Assembly: GCA_905250055.1 (NCBI GenBank)
Contig: CAJNOF010002727.1
Span: forward strand, 1 to 12,557
Origin: Rotaria sp.
Lineage: Eukaryota
Reading direction: 5' to 3'
DNA length: 12,557 nucleotides
Shown: positions 7,741-12,557 of the stretch, piece by piece
How positions within the stretch are numbered: position 1 is the stretch's first letter
Layout: every line of letters begins with the position of its first letter
Position numbers and translations under genes: made by a program
The notes under the pieces: generated by a model
Told to the model about the DNA's origin: nothing
Seen by the model: the letters and a program-made list of their open reading frames with translations, nothing else
The model's database searches: none

Positions 7741-7991
7741 GGGTGTGAGTGTGGATGGGTGTGGGTATGGGTGGGTGTGGATGTGGGGTGTGGCTGTGGG
7801 TGTGGTGTGTGGGTGTGGGTGTGGATGTGGATGTGGGTGTGGCTGTGGGTGTAGGGTGTGGGCGTGGGTGGGTGTGAGTCTGGGCCTGGGTCTGGGGTGG
7901 GGGTGTGGATGTGGCTGTGGCTGTGGATTTGGGTGGGTGTGGATGTAGTTGAAAAGAAGACTCACAGCCACACCCCACCCACACACACCCC
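7741..7991. repeat. Expanded (GGGTGT/GGATGT/GGCTGT)n minisatellite (~210 bp), a conserved loop, then a short ACACCC-rich arm
   Basis: The imperfect hexamer repeat gggtgt/ggatgt/ggctgt runs from 7741 to ~7946. The loop AGTTGAAAAGAAGACTCACAGC is at 7947-7968. The arm CACACCCCACCCACACACACCC is at 7969-7991. This is the same architecture as 3861-3905. It is not the TTAGGG telomere motif. Confidence 0.7.
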
Positions 7992-8504
7992 GAGAAAGAA
8001 ACTAGGGAAACGACTGTTCAGCGTCGTATCGGATGCTATCAACACTGTAGTATTATGTACAGAAAAATTATGTATTTTAGGACGAGAGAGATAAGAACAG
8101 AAAAATTTAGCATTGTGATATTGTTTAGAGGAGGATAAAGATCAGTTTTAATCCACAAAATGAGTGAGCTGAAAAACAGTATACTAAAAATAGAGGAATA
8201 GCGAATATATGAGCGTAAAGGTGAAAATTACTTTTCCTTGCGATAGAGAAATTTTTTTCTCTTATATATACATTTCATACAAACCACTTCGTTCTTTTTC
8301 TTATTAGATAGCTAGAAACATATTAATTATGTACAAGACTTTATTATTCTTGTTATTTTTGTATATTTATAAACTGAATTACGCTGTTCAAGCATCAAAT
8401 TCAAGTCTTGCTGATGGCATAATTCGTGTTAATATTTTAACATCATTTAAGCCCCCCTCCCCCTCAAAAATGGATCTCAGTCCAGGAGCATCCAAATTAG
8501 AAGT

Positions 8505-8866
8505 GGGAAATTACCGTTACCGTTCTCGGGTAACGGGGCAGTTGCCAGTTGCTTTTTCAGGGCAACTCGTTAAAACGACGAATTATGACTTCCTATGATC
8601 GAATTTTGTCGATAGATTAATTTTTGAATTTCGAAGTTATCCGGTAACTGGTAACTGGTTTCCCGTTACCAGTTACCGGGTAACTCCAAAATTCAAAAAT
8701 TAATTTTTTCACAAAATGCGATCGTAGGATGTCATAATTCGTCGTTTTAACGAGTGACCCTGAAAAAGTAACTGGTAACTGCCCCGTTACCAGTTACCCG
8801 GAAACTGGTAACTTTTCCGTTACAGTTACCGTTCTCGGGTGACGGTCTGGGAACGGTTACTTCCCA
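8505..8866. repeat. Large palindromic/foldback element built from GGTAAC/GTTACC motifs, symmetric about ~8662
   Basis: The centre is ccggtaactggtaactggtttcccgttaccagttaccggg. The arm ctcgttaaaacgacgaattatgacttcctatgatcgaattttgtcgatagattaatttttgaatttcgaag at 8567-8637 is the reverse complement of 8692-8760. The outer arms are cagggcaactcgttaaaacg / cgttttaacgagtgaccctg, with ccgttctcgggt(a/g)acgg at both ends. Confidence 0.6.
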
Positions 8867-9005
8867 CCCCCTAATCCAAATTGCATGAAACTTTCAGAAT
8901 ATGTTGGGGCTGGTGAACCCTAGCTATGGTAAAATTTTCACTCCTATATCATGACATTTGACAGAGATATTCACCATACAAGGGTCAAAAATAGCTCTAT
9001 CCTAG

Positions 9006-9285
9006 CGCCAGCAAAACTCTATCATAGTAAAAGATAAAGTCAAATATTTTTTTGTTTGAAAGCGCATGTCAGAATGCAGCTCCTCTTTGAGCGAAAAAAA
9101 GGGATGACAAGTTCAATGACTCAAAAATCCCTTAAAAATGGTGCTGTTTTTATAGAGATGTTTTCTTGTATGAAAATAAAAAGGCTTTTTTAAAAAAGTC
9201 CCACGATAAGGCTAGCCCTAGACACAAGCTTTCAAACAAAAGACAATATTTGACTTTATCTTTTGCTATGATAGAGTTCTGCTGG
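9006..9285. mobile_element. MITE-like inverted-repeat element with ~58-bp arms and ~165-bp spacer
   Basis: gccagcaaaactctatcatagtaaaagataaagtcaaatatttttttgtttgaaagc at 9006-9063 is the reverse complement of gctttcaaacaaaagacaatatttgactttatcttttgctatgatagagttctgctggc at 9228-9285. Confidence 0.5.
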
Positions 9286-10160
9286 CACTACGTTGTTGAA
9301 CCCACGTTTTGAAAAAAACGAAAAATGATTTTCGATGTTTCTTAAAAACGGCTTATTTTTCGAATAGGGGGGTGACGAAAATCTTCCAGAAGTTTTGGAA
9401 AAAAAGAGGTGCCAAATAAAAATTTCTGTCGCATATGAAAAAGCAGATGACGAGCTATTTTCCCATGAATTTATCTCAATTTCGATGATTCTGGCAAAAA
9501 GTGACTTTTTGAGGGGCTTTAATTGCCTGAAATAAATTCCGAAAGAGAGAGTTCTTTTAACACCCTTAAAATATCATCGACAGTTCAAACTAGATAAGAC
9601 CCAAATTTGTTCTTGAAAGGAGTTTTCATATTGAAATCAATGCAAGAAGTTCGAGAGTTTTTTAATGATACTTTTATCAGCCATATGTGATTGCTTAACA
9701 CAAAATAACAGCTACTTAAAAAAACCACCTGCCAGTGTCGAAAAACATTCACTGATAGCGACAGAATGTATTGATGACAAGTGCTCTAATCGCTTGAACT
9801 TTGCCATGTAGAGCATCGATTACATTCTTTCAGATCTGGAGCATTCTATTGAGCTTGCTCATGTTTTTCTTTAAATCTATTCTTTTTGTATTATTGTTTT
9901 CTTAACAAAAAAATCAGAACGGAACGTTTCCTGTGTCTAAAATTACGTTCGCTTCATATCTTTTCTCCTTTCACTTTTTTCTAAATTGTTCCAGTTCAAT
10001 GTAGAAAGTCTTTTAAACCACCTATCTTGTAGAAAACTATAACACCGTATATAATACTTAATCGACATCTATGTTCGGCGTTTACACTGGTCTACTGTTT
10101 TGTGGAACTCACGTATGTTTTCGAAGAAAATAGTGAGTGTCAATTTTCAGTTCGAGGTTG

Positions 10161-10240
10161 GCGGCTCCCCCCTCCCCCCTCACCCCATTACAGACACATA
10201 GCAACGTAGGCTACCATTACAGACAACCCCCCATTACAGA
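10161..10240. repeat. C-rich tract plus three copies of CCATTACAGAC(A/C)
   Basis: ggctcccccctcccccctcacccc is followed by ccattacagaca at 10183, 10212 and 10229. This sits inside a ~310-bp interval bounded by a 16-bp inverted repeat (tgtggaactcacgtat at 10101 and atatgtgagttccaca at 10396). Confidence 0.35.
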
Positions 10241-11256
10241 CCTTGGCAAATTTGTGAAAAAAAAATTCTGTTCGAAATTGAGAGATAAAAATATAGCATT
10301 TTCTAATAATCCATTATCTTTAGAAAAGAACTATTATCTTTTGGAGATTTAAAATATTGGGTATTTTGTCATTAGTATAATGAAACCAAAGGAGATATGT
10401 GAGTTCCACATTTCAGCACCAAAGGGGCTGCGCTAACAAGTTTTTTCAATATCATCGCATCCAGGAATCTCCTTTTCTCATCTATCATTCATTGTATATG
10501 AGGTTTTTCATCAAAAGGTGATAATATTCATTTACTGTTAAGTCCACCATTATTTCAAAATGGGAGTATCTGTGTTTTTGTGATATTTGAATCAGATTGT
10601 GTATTTATTTTCTCTTTCACGATGCATGTGATCCGATTGCGTTGTAGTCTTGTCGGAGATTTTTCTTGCGTTCTTTAACTAGACTCTTAATATCAGCACC
10701 GGCGCTAGCAAGCGAAAGAACGTCAGAAAATGTGTTTTATAGCCAATAGCTGACACGAAAAAGACAACACTATGAGGTCATTGATTATGATAACCAGCTG
10801 ATGACACATACACTATAGAAAAAATAAAAAGTCCGGTAGTTCATTCACAGTTTTCATGTTAACATGACGATAAAGTCATGCCGTCAATCAATGGGAATTT
10901 TCTTCGTCGATTCTCTTTCTTCCTTTATATTGCGCCCGTTGTATTTGACATTTATTGTCTGTAGAACATGTCTTGTGTCGTTCTCTGAAACTGTTGATTC
11001 TCTGTGTATCCTATTCTCGATCGGATAGCATACAATTTTTCATACTTTTGAGTTTTCGCCGTCTTTTCGGATATTCAATGTCTTTTTATTAAATTTATTT
11101 AGACAATTAGAAGACAATGCAACAGTAAAATGCAATACGAAGCTCGCGATCAAAAGGTAGCGATGATGGGTTTTTTTTTACACAAGTGTTCCACCAGCTC
11201 CATCACCATTTTCACTGGCCGATGAACCTCAATTGCAACGAACCCGAAAAATTCTC

Positions 11257-11280
11257 ATGATTATTCTCGGTGTTTGTCTT
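11257..11280 (+). CDS. Small 4-TM membrane protein, exon 1 (MIILGVCL; true start may lie in an unresolved upstream exon)
   Basis: ATG 11257 is the first in-frame ATG after the stop at 11164. The exon ends at a strong donor, CTT|GTGAGT, at 11281. The in-frame upstream peptide ..QLQRTRKIL is basic, as expected on the cytoplasmic side of TM1. Confidence 0.45.
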
Positions 11281-11451
11281 GTGAGTTTCTTTCTTGCATA
11301 TTCTAATTCATAATGATCGATGCCCATAAACAGTTGATAGAAAAATAGAATACGGACTTAGTTTCAAATTAAAGGTTCACTTATCCAAAAAAATGATAGT
11401 TTCAATATCACTTTAATTCAAAGTATGATTTGATTTTTTTAAATTTTATAG

Positions 11452-11619
11452 GCTCTTTGTGTCGGAAGTGCAATAACTTCCATCACCGGATATGGAAACT
11501 TGGAATATCTAGGAAGTTCTAAAAACGGTCTCATGCTCGGTGAATCCTTGATTTCAATTTGTTTCTTTGGTTTCGGATTATTCGTCGCTTATCGATATTA
11601 TCAAACAGGCCTACGTGTG
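11452..11619 (+). CDS. Small 4-TM membrane protein, exon 2
   Basis: Acceptor ttttatAG at 11450-11451. The exon is 168 nt and phase 0. It encodes ALCVGSAITSITGYGNLEYLGSSKNGLMLGESLISICFFGFGLFVAYRYYQTGLRV. Donor GTG|GTATGC at 11620. Confidence 0.6.
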
Positions 11620-12159
11620 GTATGCAATAGCTTTTCAATTTTGATATTTTCAATAATATATCTATGTAAATAATGCTCGGTTTCACGTTTGAATGTTATC
11701 AAAAAGGTTTTAGTCAAACATTTTTCCAAAGGTCAATTTTCATCTGAAATATTCTATCTCTCTCATATATAAGTTACTGTAAAAGGCGGAGGCACTGCTA
11801 TTTTGATACTATGCAGTGCGTCTAATATCATATGAAAATGATAATACGCTGATTTATGGCCTGTGACAAATTTTTAATATTTTCCGCGTTGCCACATGTA
11901 TGACTTGTCAATGTTTGTCAAATGTTTTTTTTATGTTTTTTCCTATCATTCATTACAACTATGACAAGAAAAAAAAGTCATATTCTACATTGCAAACACG
12001 TCGTGTTGAAGTGTCGCACCGATTGAATATGTGTTGAACGTTATGAAATAAAACTAGAGTTTTTCGGCAAACAGTTTACATTGTAGATCATGTGGTCGAA
12101 AAGCGATCGCATAAATATCGCTTTAATGAAATGTTTATTTTTTTTTTTCTTTTTTTTAG

Positions 12160-12333
12160 CTCGCCTGGTTGAGTGTGATTGATTTTGTCATCATGGTTAT
12201 CGTGTTTGTGCTTCTCCTCGTTGGTCTTATCGTTACTTTAACTCACATTGATCATCGAACGGGTGTCAAAGGTTTCGCCGTAGCCCTTCTTATCGTTTTA
12301 GGCATCGTGTGCATCATTGCCTTGATTCTAGAT
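12160..12333 (+). CDS. Small 4-TM membrane protein, exon 3
   Basis: Acceptor cttttttttagC: polypyrimidine tract 12134-12157, AG at 12158-12159. The exon is 174 nt. It encodes LAWLSVIDFVIMVIVFVLLLVGLIVTLTHIDHRTGVKGFAVALLIVLGIVCIIALILD. Donor GAT|GTAAGT at 12334. Confidence 0.65.
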
Positions 12334-12387
12334 GTAAGTGTTCTGCCTCTTTCCATGTACTAGATGATTCTATTTTTCTTTCTATAG

Positions 12388-12465
12388 GTGGTTATCGTAA
12401 AATTTGCTTTCAAATTGGCTAGACTTATTGATGCCAATGAACATTTATCGAATCAACAAATCTAA
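12388..12465 (+). CDS. Small 4-TM membrane protein, terminal exon
   Basis: Acceptor tttctatAG at 12386-12387. It encodes VVIVKFAFKLARLIDANEHLSNQQI, with stop TAA at 12463-12465. The assembled product is ~147 aa with four predicted helices. Confidence 0.6.
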   Translation: MVIVKFAFKLARLIDANEHLSNQQI

Positions 12466-12507
12466 CAGTCTGCTTACCACAAACTTTAATCGAACACTTG
12501 ATTTTTC

Positions 12508-12513
12508 AATAAA
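12508..12513 (+). promoter_or_regulatory. AATAAA polyadenylation signal for the 4-TM gene
   Basis: AATAAA lies 43 nt downstream of the stop codon. Confidence 0.45.
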
Positions 12514-12557
12514 CATTTCTGTAAAACTATTTCGTTCAATTCATAATAATCTTGCTA

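Noticed and set aside
7721-7986. Four overlapping ORFs on both strands (67-87 aa) translating to PHPHP/TPTPT/GCGCG-type low-complexity peptides
   Set aside because: They are frame-independent translations of the (GGGTGT)n minisatellite. Every frame on both strands is open because the repeat lacks stop codons. There is no start context and no coding signal.
7741-7991. Telomeric or subtelomeric repeat
   Set aside because: The unit is GGGTGT with GGATGT/GGCTGT variants, not TTAGGG or any known telomere motif. It is embedded mid-contig with unique sequence on both sides.
8329-8598. 89-aa ORF with a signal-peptide-like N-terminus (MYKTLLFLLFLYIYKLNYAVQA|SNSS)
   Set aside because: Hydrophobic F/L/Y/I runs arise by chance from T-rich DNA. 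The C-terminal half is simply the left arm of the GGTAAC palindrome read in frame. There is no downstream exon or splice donor. I keep it only as a remote possibility of a secreted-peptide first exon.
10137-10352. 71-aa ORF (MSIFSSRLAAPPSPLTPLQTHSNVGYHYRQPPITDLGK...)
   Set aside because: It is a translation of the C-rich tract plus the CCATTACAGACA repeats inside a probable mini-element. It is proline-rich only because of poly-C.
1-12557. Possibility that this is a prokaryotic or phage accessory region (operons, defence islands, CRISPR)
   Set aside because: No window longer than 1.2 kb is free of stops except the GPCR. Genes are interrupted by GT..AG introns with polypyrimidine-AG acceptors. 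AATAAA signals, microsatellites and MITEs are present. The genome flavour is eukaryotic. I found no tRNA-like T-loop (GGTTCGAATCC), no rRNA and no CRISPR-type regularly spaced direct repeats.

Overview
This is an AT-rich (~65%) eukaryotic segment, probably from a metazoan and possibly a flatworm. That reading rests on GT..AG introns with (T)n-AG acceptors and on a major vault protein homolog, a gene that nematodes and insects lack. It is not a prokaryotic operon. I can support three protein-coding loci. (1) On the + strand at ~291-960 sits the N-terminal part of a major vault protein (MVP) homolog. Exon 1 is clear; further homologous blocks lie in the same frame but are interrupted by in-frame stop codons and lack canonical splice sites, so this may be a truncated or decaying copy. 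(2) On the - strand at 4506-5633 is an intronless 375-aa seven-transmembrane receptor of the rhodopsin type, with an N-terminal EGF-like cysteine module and divergent E/DRY and NPxxY motifs. (3) On the + strand at ~11257-12465 is a four-exon gene for a ~147-aa four-pass membrane protein, with textbook GTGAGT and GTAAGT donors, Tn-AG acceptors and an AATAAA signal. The ~9 kb between and around these genes is packed with non-coding repeat structures. These are a TTAA-flanked 723-bp miniature inverted-repeat element (MITE) with poly-C/poly-G terminal inverted repeats; a ~410-bp near-perfect foldback element sitting 54 bp from the receptor gene's stop codon; three copies of a (GGGTGT)n-loop-(ACACCC)n hairpin family, one expanded to ~250 bp; a ~103-bp satellite (4.5 copies) built on the palindrome CAGAATTCTG; an inverted duplication whose unit encodes NDLNH peptide repeats; a ~360-bp palindrome built from GGTAAC/GTTACC motifs; a 280-bp inverted-repeat MITE; and a striking TCGA-motif cluster. 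All product calls come from reading the translations by eye. No database search was possible.
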